A model generated the notes under the pieces. The model searched no databases. It saw nothing but the letters and a program-made list of their open reading frames with translations, and was not told the origin of the DNA. 64,000 bases of DNA from an uncultured Chlamydiales bacterium (GTDB taxonomy: Bacteria; Chlamydiota; Chlamydiia; Chlamydiales; Rhabdochlamydiaceae): positions 640,001 to 704,000 of the forward strand of contig OY969554.1 in NCBI GenBank assembly GCA_963700985.1, written 5' to 3'. Of this stretch, positions 1 through 10,151 are shown one piece after another; the first letter of the stretch is position 1, and the number at the start of each line of letters is the position of its first letter. The position numbers and the translations under genes were made by a program.

Positions 1-867
1 TTCATGGCTTTAGGAAGCAGTGCCGGCTTAATGATTGCGTTTACGGTTATTGGCGATGTTTATCAGCATGAACAGGCAACAAAGAAGATCTCCTATCTAA
101 TTTTGGCATTTGCTGTCGGCCCCGGGTTAGCTGTGGCAATTGGAGGCTTTTTAACACAGTATTTTGGTTGGGAGAGCTGCTTCTATTTCTTAGCCGGTTA
201 CGGAGCGCTTCTGTTTATCAGAATGCTCTCTTTTCAAGAGACCTGCCCTCAGAAAGATCACCATGCGCTGCGCTTTCAAAAAATCACAGAGGGTTATCTG
301 CAGAAGTTAAAGAACAAGAAGGTGCTCTTCTGCTCTTTAATGCTCGGCTGCACCACTTCTTGCTTCTATCTCTTCGCTGCAGAAGCTCCATTTATTGCCA
401 TAAACAAGATTGGGCTTTCTCCAGAAACATACGGACTTTTGAATTTTATTCCTCCGATTGGAATTATAGGAGGATCGATACTCACCAGGAGGCTTGCTCA
501 TAAAAAGACACCGCTTAAAACGATGTTATGGGGAATTCTGATTGCACTGGCTAGCACTGCATTGATGTTAGGTGCATTTGCAATCGGGTTTATCACAGCC
601 TGGTCCCTTTTTGTTCCAATGGCTTTTCTCTGCCTAGGATTATCACTGATTGTGCCCAATGCACAAAGTTTAGCGCTGTCCCATGCTCAAAACAAATCCA
701 ATGCATCCGCCATGATGAGTTTCATCAATCTGGGAACTGCTACCATCGCAATTTTTATCTTACAATCTTCACCCACACACCCCGTGCTGCTACTTCCCCT
801 TCTTTTCATCTTGTTTATCGGAGGCATGTTCTTTTGGAGAGGCCGCTTGTCAACTGCCCTAGCATGA
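1..867 (+). CDS. MFS drug-resistance transporter, Bcr/CflA-like (5' truncated by window edge)
   Basis: Many hydrophobic helices; motif-C-like 'GPGLAVAIGGFLTQYFGWESCF'; frame open from position 1. Confidence 0.85.
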   Translation, partial: FMALGSSAGLMIAFTVIGDVYQHEQATKKISYLILAFAVGPGLAVAIGGFLTQYFGWESCFYFLAGYGALLFIRMLSFQETCPQKDHHALRFQKITEGYLQKLKNKKVLFCSLMLGCTTSCFYLFAAEAPFIAINKIGLSPETYGLLNFIPPIGIIGGSILTRRLAHKKTPLKTMLWGILIALASTALMLGAFAIGFITAWSLFVPMAFLCLGLSLIVPNAQSLALSHAQNKSNASAMMSFINLGTATIAIFILQSSPTHPVLLLPLLFILFIGGMFFWRGRLSTALA

Positions 868-926
868 GCACAAGCAAAGGCCCAGGAACACGGGCGCTTT
901 CAAGCTGCCTTAAAATTCTGGAAGAG

Positions 927-998
927 AACAGGATGTGTAGGATCAGGCAAGATAAGAAGGATAGAGAAAATATCCTGCATATCCTGTAAATGATTTAC
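927..998. repeat. CAGGAT/ATCCTG palindromic intergenic repeat, copy 1
   Basis: Arms ACAGGATGTGTAGGAT and ATCCTGCATATCCTGT pair fully with two G-U pairs; related copy at 52206-52312 with identical 3' end ATCCTGCATATCCTGTAAATGATTTAC. Confidence 0.85.
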
Positions 999-1040
999 TA
1001 AAATAGCTCGATCCTGTCTGGAAGATTTGCTATTCAAACA

Positions 1041-1063
1041 AGTGCTGCGCAGAGCGCAGCACT
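1041..1063. terminator. Perfect 10-bp hairpin between convergent genes
   Basis: AGTGCTGCGC-aga-GCGCAGCACT; no strong U-tract. Confidence 0.45.
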
Positions 1064-1087
1064 CCAGGGCGCTTCGCGCAAAGAGAT

Positions 1088-1786
1088 TTAAAAATCTAGT
1101 TGCAAGAGCTTGAAGAGATCGAAGTCGGCAGCAGGATCGATGACGTGGTGCGCATTTGAAAAGTCGTGCGTCTTGGTGAAATCGTTGGGCACGGCGATGG
1201 TGATGTAGCCGGCTTTAGAGGCGGCCGTGACACCGGGATGGCTATCTTCAATGGCCACACACTCGGTGGGGTGCAGGCCCAGGAGTTTAGCAGTGTGAAG
1301 ATAGATATAAGGCTTCGGCTTGTTTACACCTTCTGGATCTTGATAATGGTTGAGATCATCTCTTCCAGATACGATTACATCAAACAAATCGGTGATCTTG
1401 AGTTCAGCTAGATTCAACAAAATCTCATCTTTTTCAGCGGCAGATGCCACTCCCATTTTGAGATTCAATCGCTCTTTTTGCGCGGCAAGCTCATGCACCC
1501 ATTTGACGACAGAATGAATGGGTGGTGTGCCTTTCTTGCGCAGCTCATAATAGGCCGCTTGCTTGTCATCCAATAAAGTTTCAGGGGCGATAATTCTTTG
1601 CCTATCACAGAGATAGTCACGGATAGCAATGCCAGATTGACCTGAAAATAAAAAATACTCTTCGCGTGAAAATGCCACGCCTCTTTTATTAAGAACAATC
1701 TGCCAGCTGCGAAAATGGGCGTGCTCAGTGTCGATAAGCGTTCCGTCGCAATCAAAAATAATGGCTTTTATAGATTTCTTTAACAT
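1088..1786 (-). CDS. HAD family phosphatase (beta-phosphoglucomutase-like)
   Basis: IFDCDGTLIDTE motif I, KPKP, EDS..GV motif IV; start placed at ATG 1786 (track start 1813). Confidence 0.9.
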   Translation of the reverse strand: MLKKSIKAIIFDCDGTLIDTEHAHFRSWQIVLNKRGVAFSREEYFLFSGQSGIAIRDYLCDRQRIIAPETLLDDKQAAYYELRKKGTPPIHSVVKWVHELAAQKERLNLKMGVASAAEKDEILLNLAELKITDLFDVIVSGRDDLNHYQDPEGVNKPKPYIYLHTAKLLGLHPTECVAIEDSHPGVTAASKAGYITIAVPNDFTKTHDFSNAHHVIDPAADFDLFKLLQLDF

Positions 1787-1847
1787 TTCGCAAGCAACCG
1801 AAAAATTTTTCAACTATAGAAAAGCTGATTATAGTAAGAAAGAGAAT

Positions 1848-3065
1848 ATGAGACCATACAAGACCACTATCCGCGTAGCCTCTGATATAGACCTTCTCGC
1901 TTGGCTCGAGAGCCAGGAGCTCTTTCCAAAAGTTTATTGGAAAAATGCTCGTGAGGAGATCGCGGCAGTAGGTTCAATATTAACTTTTGACAAGCTACCA
2001 GTTTTTGACAAGCAGACGGGCGACCTTTGCTTATTTGGGGGCATGGCTTTTTCTGCCTACGCAGGCTTTGACCAGAGCTGGGAAGCTTTCCCTCGACAAC
2101 TCTTTTTTCAACCGAAATTGATCCTCTCAAAAAAAGATGGGGTCTGTTCGCTTACGCTTTACACAATAGAGCAGCCATCGGAGGCGCAACAGATCGAACA
2201 CTATTTAGAGCTTCGGGCGAAAAAGAGCATAGAGCTCTCGCAACCCGAAAAGCGCATCGATATGCCAACACAGGGCGAATGGAAAGAGAGAGTAACCGAC
2301 TATCTAACACGCATTCAAAATCAGCAGGTAGACAAGCTGGTTTCGGCGCGTAAATCTACCTTTATCTTCGGCTCGCATGTGGATCCGATAAGCATGCTTA
2401 AACGACTGGCTGTAAATGCTGTTAACTGCACGGTTTTTGGCTTTTTACCCAACGTCTCTTCGGCATTTGTAGGCGCATCGCCTGAGATACTTTACCGGCG
2501 GGAAGAGAAAAACATCTTCACGCACGCTCTGGCGGGCACACGTCCACGCGGGCGCACTCCCGAAGAGGATCTCGCTTTAAAGACTGAACTTTTGAAGAAT
2601 GAAAAGGAGCAGCGTGAGTTTTCTTATGTGCGAGACCATATGCTCTCGGCTATTTCAAACCTCTGTGATTCATTTGAGTTTCAAAAGGAGAGCGCTGTAT
2701 TACAAAATGCAACATTGCAACATCTCGTATGCAACTTTTCAGGCACCCTTCAAGAGGGCATTCAAGATGGCGACATCTTCACAGCTCTGCACCCCTCGCC
2801 TGCCGTAGGCGGCTATCCGCGGTGCGATGCACTTAAAATGCTCAGCAATTCAGAAACATTCGATCGGGGCTGGTATGCAGCACCTCTCGGTTGGATTAGT
2901 CCTGCAGCGGCCGACATTGCCGTTGGCATCCGCAGCGCACTCATTGTTCAAAATCAGCTGCATCTATTTGCCGGCACAGGTATTGTGGATGGATCTTGTC
3001 ATGCTAAAGAATGGCATGAGCTCGACCAAAAAATCGGCACCTTCACAAGGCTTTGGAGCAAGTAA
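1848..3065 (+). CDS. menF: Isochorismate synthase
   Basis: GASPEIL, ALAGTRPRG, LHPSPAVGG, FDRGWYA, FAGTGIV; first gene of men cluster; ATG 1848 avoids overlap with HAD gene. Confidence 0.9.
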   Translation: MRPYKTTIRVASDIDLLAWLESQELFPKVYWKNAREEIAAVGSILTFDKLPVFDKQTGDLCLFGGMAFSAYAGFDQSWEAFPRQLFFQPKLILSKKDGVCSLTLYTIEQPSEAQQIEHYLELRAKKSIELSQPEKRIDMPTQGEWKERVTDYLTRIQNQQVDKLVSARKSTFIFGSHVDPISMLKRLAVNAVNCTVFGFLPNVSSAFVGASPEILYRREEKNIFTHALAGTRPRGRTPEEDLALKTELLKNEKEQREFSYVRDHMLSAISNLCDSFEFQKESAVLQNATLQHLVCNFSGTLQEGIQDGDIFTALHPSPAVGGYPRCDALKMLSNSETFDRGWYAAPLGWISPAAADIAVGIRSALIVQNQLHLFAGTGIVDGSCHAKEWHELDQKIGTFTRLWSK

Positions 3066-3069
3066 GTAG

Positions 3070-4779
3070 ATGACAGATATCGGCTTGCAAAACGAGCAGT
3101 CTTGCAGACTGATCGTCGATCAACTCGTGCGCCAAGGCGTGCGTTACTTTTGTCTCTCTCCAGGCTCGCGTTCTACTCCTTTAGCTCTAGCCGCCGCGGC
3201 ACACCCTGAAGTTACGGCCACTGTGCATTTCGATGAACGCGGCACGGGCTTCCATGCACTGGGTTATGCCAAAGCCGCAAAACTCCCTGCAGCGATTATT
3301 GTCACTTCCGGTTCTGCTGTGGGAAATCTTTTTCCAGCAGTCATGGAAGCAGCTTATGCTCATCTCCCCCTGATTGTGTTAACGGCTGATAGACCACCTG
3401 AGCTGCGTGACACGGGTTCTAACCAGACGGCAGATCAGGTTAAATTTTTTGGTGAATATGTACGCTGGAGCGTCGATCTTCCCTGCCCAACTGAAGAGAT
3501 CCATAACGCATATATCGGTACAACAATTGCCCAAGCGGTCTTTCGTTCGATGAGTGCCCCAAAAGGACCCGTCCACCTCAATTGCATGCTGCGAGAACCC
3601 CTCTGCACAAGTATGCAGGCCTCCACACCAATTTTAGAATCCACACACTATGAGCACACGGAGTCTGTGCCTGCGCAAACCACCTTGCAGCATTGGGCAG
3701 ATCTTCTTACTTCGGAAGAAAAAGGCATAATCGTGGTAGGCAACCTCGCTTCGAAGTATGCGCTCTCTTCGATTTGTGAACTGGCTGAAGCGTTAAATTG
3801 GCCGATCTTTGCCGATATTTTTTCGGGGTTGCGTTCAGAAGGAAGCAGTGCAAATCTCATCCCCTATTACGATCTTATTCTCAAAACTACACCCGATCTC
3901 AAAGCGCACACAGTTTTGCACTTTGGCGATCGCCTAATCTCTAAAAGCCTGCTCGATTGGATCTCAGCCTGCCATCCTCAACACTACTTTCTAGTGGCCG
4001 ATTATCCTAATCGCTACGATCCAAAACATCAGGTGACGCACCGCCTATGCTGCGATCCTGCTCTTTTTGCAAAACAAATATTACCTCTTATCGCTCCAAA
4101 AAGTGCCAATTCTTGGACTGAGACTCTCAAAGTTCGCGGCACACAGATCGAACAAGAGCTATCAAAAATCTTTTCGGAAAAAAAATCACTCACAGAACCA
4201 GGTCTTGCATATCTTCTATCTCAGCTGCTTTCAGAAAATTGGGCTGTCTTTTTTTCGAATAGCATGCCCGTGCGCGATGCAGATTTTTTTCTCTTTCCAA
4301 AGCAGCCAATTGGTCCGCTCTTTGGAAGCCGCGGTCTTTCTGGAATTGATGGAAATATTGCCACAGCCATTGGGATTGCTCAAGGTGCGCAAATGCCCAC
4401 GCTCGCTATACTCGGAGATCTAGCCTTTCTGCACGACCTTAACTCACTCGCTCTTCTAAAAAAAGTTAAACACCCTGTTATCCTGCTCGTGATCAATAAC
4501 GATGGGGGCGGCATCTTCTCTTTCCTGCCCGTAGCTGGCAAAAAAGAAGCTTTTGAGGATTTTTTTGCAGCCGCACACGGCCTGACATTTGAAAAAGCGG
4601 CGGCGCTTTTTGACATTCCCTATTTAAAGTTACAAAGCACCCAAGAGCTCGAAGAAGCAGTGCTTAAGAAAACGTCTTGCGTGCTTGAGATGACCACAAA
4701 TCGTCTAGAAAATCACGCTTTCCACCAAGAGATTACTAAATGGTTACACTCCTCACCTGCTCTCATCGAGGCTCGTTAA
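3070..4779 (+). CDS. menD: SEPHCHC synthase (TPP-dependent)
   Basis: SPGSRSTPL, DERG, TADRPPEL, RGLSGIDG, GDLAFLHDLN, NNDGGGIF. Confidence 0.97.
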   Translation: MTDIGLQNEQSCRLIVDQLVRQGVRYFCLSPGSRSTPLALAAAAHPEVTATVHFDERGTGFHALGYAKAAKLPAAIIVTSGSAVGNLFPAVMEAAYAHLPLIVLTADRPPELRDTGSNQTADQVKFFGEYVRWSVDLPCPTEEIHNAYIGTTIAQAVFRSMSAPKGPVHLNCMLREPLCTSMQASTPILESTHYEHTESVPAQTTLQHWADLLTSEEKGIIVVGNLASKYALSSICELAEALNWPIFADIFSGLRSEGSSANLIPYYDLILKTTPDLKAHTVLHFGDRLISKSLLDWISACHPQHYFLVADYPNRYDPKHQVTHRLCCDPALFAKQILPLIAPKSANSWTETLKVRGTQIEQELSKIFSEKKSLTEPGLAYLLSQLLSENWAVFFSNSMPVRDADFFLFPKQPIGPLFGSRGLSGIDGNIATAIGIAQGAQMPTLAILGDLAFLHDLNSLALLKKVKHPVILLVINNDGGGIFSFLPVAGKKEAFEDFFAAAHGLTFEKAAALFDIPYLKLQSTQELEEAVLKKTSCVLEMTTNRLENHAFHQEITKWLHSSPALIEAR

Positions 4780-5501
4780 AAAACCCACCGCTTGTTTTTT
4801 TGCACGGGTTTTTAGGTAACAAAGAAGATTGGGACGAAGTCATCACGCAACTAGAAGATCGCTTCTGGTGCCTCTCAGTGGCTCTTCCAGGACATGGTTC
4901 CCCCTTTTCGCTTACCTTCTCGCAAGCTTTGCAAGCAACGCTTAAAAGTCATGGCATAGAACAAGCTGCGCTTGTCGGCTATTCGATGGGTGGTCGCCTG
5001 GCTCTGCACGCACTGCAAGATACGCCGGAAATGGTTTCAAACGTTATAGCGCTCTCTTCTCATCCAGGATTGCGCGAAGAATCGGAACGCATAAGCCGCA
5101 TAGGCGAAGAGCTGAAGTGGGAGCGTTTGCTCAAAACACTCTCGTTAAAAGAGTTTCTAGAGAGATGGTATGCGCAGCCACTATTTGCCTCCTTAACGCA
5201 AGATCGCGACCTCTTCACTAAACTGCTCGATCGCCGGATGCGCCATGACCCTCGGGCTATTGCCACCGCCATGCGTCAATTCAGTCATGTGCGCTTGCCT
5301 CTTCTCAAGCAACTCTCCAATCAAGCCTTCTTTGTCTGTGGAGAAGAAGATTTGAAATACACTGAACTTTATCGTAAGCTAGTGCCAGCCTCGCAGCTGC
5401 GCATTTTGGCAAACTGCGGACATGCGCTGCATCTGGAAAATCCAACTGCCTGCGCATCTATGATCAAACAGCTTATTGAGGAGAAATCTGCATGTCTGTA
5501 A
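4740..5501 (+). CDS. menH: SHCHC synthase (alpha/beta hydrolase)
   Basis: [20 protein letters not shown]; between menD and menB. Confidence 0.92.
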   Translation: MVTLLTCSHRGSLKNPPLVFLHGFLGNKEDWDEVITQLEDRFWCLSVALPGHGSPFSLTFSQALQATLKSHGIEQAALVGYSMGGRLALHALQDTPEMVSNVIALSSHPGLREESERISRIGEELKWERLLKTLSLKEFLERWYAQPLFASLTQDRDLFTKLLDRRMRHDPRAIATAMRQFSHVRLPLLKQLSNQAFFVCGEEDLKYTELYRKLVPASQLRILANCGHALHLENPTACASMIKQLIEEKSACL

Positions 5502-6322
5502 CGCTCTCATTTCATTGGGTAACAGCCGCTAAATTCGATGACATCAAGTATGAGAAATATGAGGGCATCGCTAAAATCACCATTAACCGCCCACAGGTGC
5601 GCAACGCTTTTCGCCCACATACTGTTAAAGAGATGTCTCTCGCATTAAATGATGCACGTGATGATCAGAGCATCGGCGTAATTATCTTAACCGGCGAAGG
5701 CCGAGATGCTTTTTGCGCCGGTGGCGATCAGAAAATTCGCGGTGATGCAGGCTATATAGATGAAGAAGGCATGGCGCGTTTAAATGTGCTCGATTTTCAA
5801 CGCGAAATGCGCAGCTGCCCCAAACCGGTGATCGCTATGGTGGCAGGCTATGCCATCGGGGGTGGCCATGTGCTGCATGTGCTCTGCGACCTTACCATCG
5901 CGGCTGATCATTCCATCTTTGGTCAAGTGGGGCCTAAAGTCGGTTCTTTTGATGGTGGCTTTGGCGCGAGTTATCTCGCGCGTATTGTGGGGCAAAAAAA
6001 AGCACGCGAGGTCTGGTTTCTGTGCCGTCAATACACAGCTCAAGAAGCGCTTGATATGGGTCTGGTCAACTGCGTTGTCCCTTATGAAGAACTAGAAGCC
6101 ACCACCGTTTCTTGGTGCCAAGAGATCCTTAAACACTCGCCGCTCGCTCTGCGCTGCTTGAAAGCCGCCCTCAATGCCGACTGTGATGGGCAAGCTGGCC
6201 TGCAAGAGTTGGCTGGCAATGCGACGCTGCTCTATTACATGACAGAAGAAGCAAAAGAAGGACATAGCGCCTTTATCGAAAAGCGCGCGCCTGATTTCTC
6301 ACGTTTTCCTAAGAGGCCTTAG
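5492..6322 (+). CDS. menB: 1,4-dihydroxy-2-naphthoyl-CoA synthase
   Basis: [27 protein letters not shown]. Confidence 0.98.
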   Translation: MSVTLSFHWVTAAKFDDIKYEKYEGIAKITINRPQVRNAFRPHTVKEMSLALNDARDDQSIGVIILTGEGRDAFCAGGDQKIRGDAGYIDEEGMARLNVLDFQREMRSCPKPVIAMVAGYAIGGGHVLHVLCDLTIAADHSIFGQVGPKVGSFDGGFGASYLARIVGQKKAREVWFLCRQYTAQEALDMGLVNCVVPYEELEATTVSWCQEILKHSPLALRCLKAALNADCDGQAGLQELAGNATLLYYMTEEAKEGHSAFIEKRAPDFSRFPKRP

Positions 6323-6328
6323 AAGCTC

Positions 6329-7198
6329 ATGGCATCCTTAACAATTTGGATTCAAGCTGCTCGGCCGCGGACCCTCATTACTTCCTTAAGCCCGGTAATG
6401 ATCGGAACGATGCTCGCCTTAGCCACGGGAACCTGCAGACTTTCTACCTTCTTATTTACTCTTTTTACCACCATTGCAATTCAAGTAGGCACAAATCTCG
6501 CCAATGACTACTTCGATTTTCAAAAAGGGGCGGATACCTCCGCTCGCAAGGGCCCACAGCGCGTCACTCAGGCCGGGTTAGTCTCGCCTCAAGAGGTTAA
6601 GCGCGCCTTTATTCTCGTCTTTTGTGCGGCTGCATTATTAGGACTCTTTCTGATTTGGGAAGGAGGCATTTTTTTTGCTTTTCTGCTCGCCATCTCCATC
6701 CTGCTAGGCATCCTTTACACTGCAGGTCCTTTTTCTCTCGCTTATCTCGGGATTGGGGATTTTTTTGTGCTGCTCTTTTTTGGGCCGATCGCCACCGGCG
6801 GAACCTACTATCTACAAACACATGAATTTTCTTATGACGCGCTTCTAGTTGGAATCGCGCCCGGCATGCTCGCGTGGGCCATCCTCATGGTCAATAATTT
6901 GCGTGACGTCGACGAGGATCGCGTAGCTGGTAAAAAGACCCTTTTTGTGCGCTTCGGCAGAAATTTAGGTAGAGCGCTCTACATATTTGCACTTTTTTCA
7001 GCGATTCTCACTCCTCTGCTCTGTCGACATACGCATCCTTGGGTCATGTTGGCATCTTTGATCTTTTTCCCTGCGCTTTTTTTAGCAGTTAAGGTGGTTA
7101 AAAATGAAGAGGCACAAACCTTTAATACACTGCTTAAACAGACAGCTGGTCTTCTGCTAGCTTATACCCTCCTCTTCTGCATAGGGTGGCTTTTGTGA
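6329..7198 (+). CDS. menA: DHNA polyprenyltransferase
   Basis: ARPRTL, NLANDYFDF, NNLRDVDED, GKKTL. Confidence 0.96.
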   Translation: MASLTIWIQAARPRTLITSLSPVMIGTMLALATGTCRLSTFLFTLFTTIAIQVGTNLANDYFDFQKGADTSARKGPQRVTQAGLVSPQEVKRAFILVFCAAALLGLFLIWEGGIFFAFLLAISILLGILYTAGPFSLAYLGIGDFFVLLFFGPIATGGTYYLQTHEFSYDALLVGIAPGMLAWAILMVNNLRDVDEDRVAGKKTLFVRFGRNLGRALYIFALFSAILTPLLCRHTHPWVMLASLIFFPALFLAVKVVKNEEAQTFNTLLKQTAGLLLAYTLLFCIGWLL

Positions 7199-7232
7199 TC
7201 TATTTGATGATCAACGTCATTTGAAAAATAGA

Positions 7233-7261
7233 TTGCAAATAGTACCATTAATTAGTACCAT
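7233..7261 (+). promoter_or_regulatory. Putative sigma66/70 promoter of hicAB with overlapping direct-repeat operator
   Basis: TTGCAA (7233-7238), 17-bp spacer, TACCAT (7256-7261); TAGTACCAT repeated at 7240-7248 and 7253-7261. Confidence 0.6.
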
Positions 7262-7269
7262 ATCAAAAT

Positions 7270-7533
7270 ATGAGCAAAAAACACCAGCGCACCCTGGAAG
7301 CGATCTTTAAGCTGCCAGTTCCATCGAATGTAGAATGGAAAACTTGCGAAAGTCTTCTAATCCATCTTGGAGCGAAGATAAGCGAGGGAGAAGGATCAAG
7401 AGTTCGAATTGTCCTTAATGATGTAAGAGCAGTTTTTCATCGTCCTCATCCTCGAAAAGAAATAGATAAAGGAGCACTGGTGTCGTTAAGAAAATTTTTA
7501 GAAAATGCAGGAGTAAAATCCGAGGAGAAATAA
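7270..7533 (+). CDS. hicA: Type II toxin, HicA family mRNA interferase
   Basis: 87 aa basic protein; EGEGSRV and FHRPHP motifs; directly upstream of HicB. Confidence 0.9.
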   Translation: MSKKHQRTLEAIFKLPVPSNVEWKTCESLLIHLGAKISEGEGSRVRIVLNDVRAVFHRPHPRKEIDKGALVSLRKFLENAGVKSEEK

Positions 7534-7535
7534 AT

Positions 7536-7859
7536 ATGATGAAATACAAAGGATACTTCGGACATGTCGAATATGACGATAAAGCCAAAATTTTTCATGG
7601 TGAAGTCGTAGGATTGAAAGATATCATTACCTTTCAGGGAAAGGCTGTTAAGGAATTGGAACAATCATTCAAAGACTCAATAGATGATTATCTCGCATGG
7701 TGCAAACAGAGAAAAGAAAAACCCGAGAAAACCTTTTCAGGTACCTTCAATCTTAGAATACCTCAAGATCTTCATGCCAAATTAGCGCTGCAAGCAAAAA
7801 CAATGGGAGTAAGCCTGAACTCTTTTATTGCTCAGAGTCTTCTTCAAGTGGTTCACTAG
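7536..7859 (+). CDS. hicB: Type II antitoxin, HicB family
   Basis: MKYKGY..VEYD, ITFQG, DDYL, C-terminal RHH-like FSGTFNLRIPQDLH...SLN. Confidence 0.93.
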   Translation: MMKYKGYFGHVEYDDKAKIFHGEVVGLKDIITFQGKAVKELEQSFKDSIDDYLAWCKQRKEKPEKTFSGTFNLRIPQDLHAKLALQAKTMGVSLNSFIAQSLLQVVH

Positions 7860-7882
7860 AAGTAATTAATGAGAAAAGTTTA

Positions 7883-8821
7883 ATGAAGCTCTATACCTAT
7901 GATCTGCCGTTTAGAGGCACAAGACGCCGAGGGATTATCATTGAACTCACAAGAGAAGATGGCAGCAAGAGCCTGGGCGAAGTGGCTCCTCTCCCTAACT
8001 GGAATGTAGAGACATTCGATGATGCACTCGAACAGTTAAAAGGTCCTATGCTTCAGCATATGCTGCTACCTTCGGTGGCTTTTGGCTTAGAAACAGCCAG
8101 CCTGGGCCTCAATCCCCCAAAGCTTCCGCTCACCTTTCCGCTCTCTTCGTTATTGATGGGTAGCGTAGATGAGATTCTTAAAAAAGCTGATCTTTGTGCG
8201 CACGCAGGGATCAAAAGCGTAAAAGTGAAGTTAAGCGGCCATTCTCATGCAGATGCACTAAAAATTGTTCACGCTCTTAAAGATAGTTTCTCTTTGCGCA
8301 TCGATCTTAACCGCGCTTGGACCAAAGAGCGCGCCTTGGAGTTTTTCGCCCATTTTAAACCGGAAGATTTTGATTACATTGAAGAGCCGTGTGAAAAGGT
8401 GGAAGATCTCTTCGACTTTACCTATCCGCTAGCCGTAGATGAATCGCTACGCGACACGCCGCTCGATCTGCTTTTAACGCTCCCCTCTTTGAAAGCGTTC
8501 ATCTTTAAGCCCACACTTCAAGGTGGCTATACGGTTGGCGAAGTTCTTGCTCGGGCAGCTAAAGAGAGAAACCTCGACCTTATTTTCAGTAGCGCATTTG
8601 AAACAGGCGTGGGCATCAGTCAGATCGCACTTTTAGCACATCATTTGGGTGTGCCCATTAAACCTCTGGGATTAGACACTTATTCGTATTTAGAACAGGA
8701 TATATTGCAAACACCACTGAACATCTCTCAAGGCTACTTGCACTTGGATGAGCTTTTTAATGTGAACAAGGAACTGCTTCATGCTCTGCCCTATCCTAGC
8801 TGCTCTACCTCAGTTTGCTAA
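7883..8821 (+). CDS. menC: o-succinylbenzoate synthase
   Basis: GEVAPLP, KVK, RIDLNRAW, YIEEP, AVDESL, KPTLQG. Confidence 0.93.
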   Translation: MKLYTYDLPFRGTRRRGIIIELTREDGSKSLGEVAPLPNWNVETFDDALEQLKGPMLQHMLLPSVAFGLETASLGLNPPKLPLTFPLSSLLMGSVDEILKKADLCAHAGIKSVKVKLSGHSHADALKIVHALKDSFSLRIDLNRAWTKERALEFFAHFKPEDFDYIEEPCEKVEDLFDFTYPLAVDESLRDTPLDLLLTLPSLKAFIFKPTLQGGYTVGEVLARAAKERNLDLIFSSAFETGVGISQIALLAHHLGVPIKPLGLDTYSYLEQDILQTPLNISQGYLHLDELFNVNKELLHALPYPSCSTSVC

Positions 8822-10151
8822 AGCACCCGCCATCATCACAGATACGCACACGCTTACCTACGAAGAGTTAAATGCGTATGTTGAAGCCCTCTGCATCAAG
8901 CTACAAAGCCACGGTGTAAAAAGCGGTGCGCGTGTGGCTTTCATCGCAACTTCGTCATGGCAAAATGCAGCGCTTTTCTTTGCACTTTTCCGCTTAAATG
9001 CAGCCGCCTGCCCCCTAAACTTTCGCCTTCCAGAGACTCTTCTTCAGCCGCTGATCGATCAGCTCGCACCACACTTCATCATGCACGCAGATTTTGGCAT
9101 CGAAAACTACCAGCTAAATGCGCCCTTAAATACTGATGAAATTGCTGTTCTTATGCCGACTTCTGGCTCTTCGGGAGCCGCTAAGATCGCCGCGCTCTCA
9201 TACAGCAATCTCTATTACAGCGCAGAAGGTTCGATGCAAAAGTTACCGCTTAAACCTCTTGATCGCTGGCTTTTGCCTTTGCCGCTCTTTCATGTTTCTG
9301 GGCTTATGCTACTTTTTCGTTCTTTCTTGCGCGGGCTTACTGTAATTATCTCAGAGATGAAACCTCATGAGGCACTTACCAAATATGAGGCGACTTTTCT
9401 CTCTCTGGTCCCTACACAACTTTTTAGGCTATGTAATGCACAGCCTACTGCACCGGCATACTTAAAAGGTGTTTTGATCGGGGGTGCCCCTTTAAGCGCT
9501 GCCCTATTAGAAGAAGCTACGCAGAAAGGATATAAGATCTTCTCATCATATGGCATGACCGAGATGTGCGCGCAGATCACACTTGACCCTGCGCCCAAAA
9601 TTGAACGAGGAGAACTCACATGTGGCACGCCGCTTCCCCATCGCGAATTGCGGGTCAATTCCAATGGAGAAATTCTCGTGCGCGGAAAAACTCTCTTTTT
9701 AGGTTACTGGGATAAAACAAGCGGACTTATAAGGCCAACTGATTCAGAAGGTTGGTTCTCTACCAAAGATCGTGGGAAAATATCAGACGACGGACGTTTA
9801 ATTGTACTTGGCCGCATGGATAGCCTCTTTATTTCAGGCGGCGAAAATGTTTTTCCAGAAGAAATTGAATCTGCTCTACTAGCATTGCCCGATATTCTTG
9901 AAGCGTTAGTAATACCCTTGCCAGATCCTGAATTTGGCCATCTGCCCTATGCATTCATCAATACAAACAAAGATAATTTCTCAGAAAAACAGATCTTAGC
10001 CACGCTCAGAAAATCTCTACCCGGATATATGATTCCCCGGCGCATCCAGCCTTTTCCACCTGGATCGATCGAGACAGGCATTAAACGGAGCAGGAAAAAT
10101 TTGAGCGAAGTGTTGTTAAAATCTTTAATAAACTTTCAGGCACTGGAATAG
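8781..10151 (+). CDS. menE: o-succinylbenzoate-CoA ligase
   Basis: TSGSSGAAK, LPLFHVSG, SLVPTQL, YGMTE, FISGGENVFPEEIE. Confidence 0.95.
   Translation: MLCPILAALPQFAKAPAIITDTHTLTYEELNAYVEALCIKLQSHGVKSGARVAFIATSSWQNAALFFALFRLNAAACPLNFRLPETLLQPLIDQLAPHFIMHADFGIENYQLNAPLNTDEIAVLMPTSGSSGAAKIAALSYSNLYYSAEGSMQKLPLKPLDRWLLPLPLFHVSGLMLLFRSFLRGLTVIISEMKPHEALTKYEATFLSLVPTQLFRLCNAQPTAPAYLKGVLIGGAPLSAALLEEATQKGYKIFSSYGMTEMCAQITLDPAPKIERGELTCGTPLPHRELRVNSNGEILVRGKTLFLGYWDKTSGLIRPTDSEGWFSTKDRGKISDDGRLIVLGRMDSLFISGGENVFPEEIESALLALPDILEALVIPLPDPEFGHLPYAFINTNKDNFSEKQILATLRKSLPGYMIPRRIQPFPPGSIETGIKRSRKNLSEVLLKSLINFQALE

Noticed and set aside
927..998. Repeat units as a possible CRISPR array
   Set aside because: Units are ~10 nt, arranged as an inverted pair with no unique spacers, and there are no cas genes in the window
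1728..1847. N-terminal extension of menF given by the ORF track
   Set aside because: Overlaps the divergent HAD gene head-to-head; ATG 1848 is more plausible
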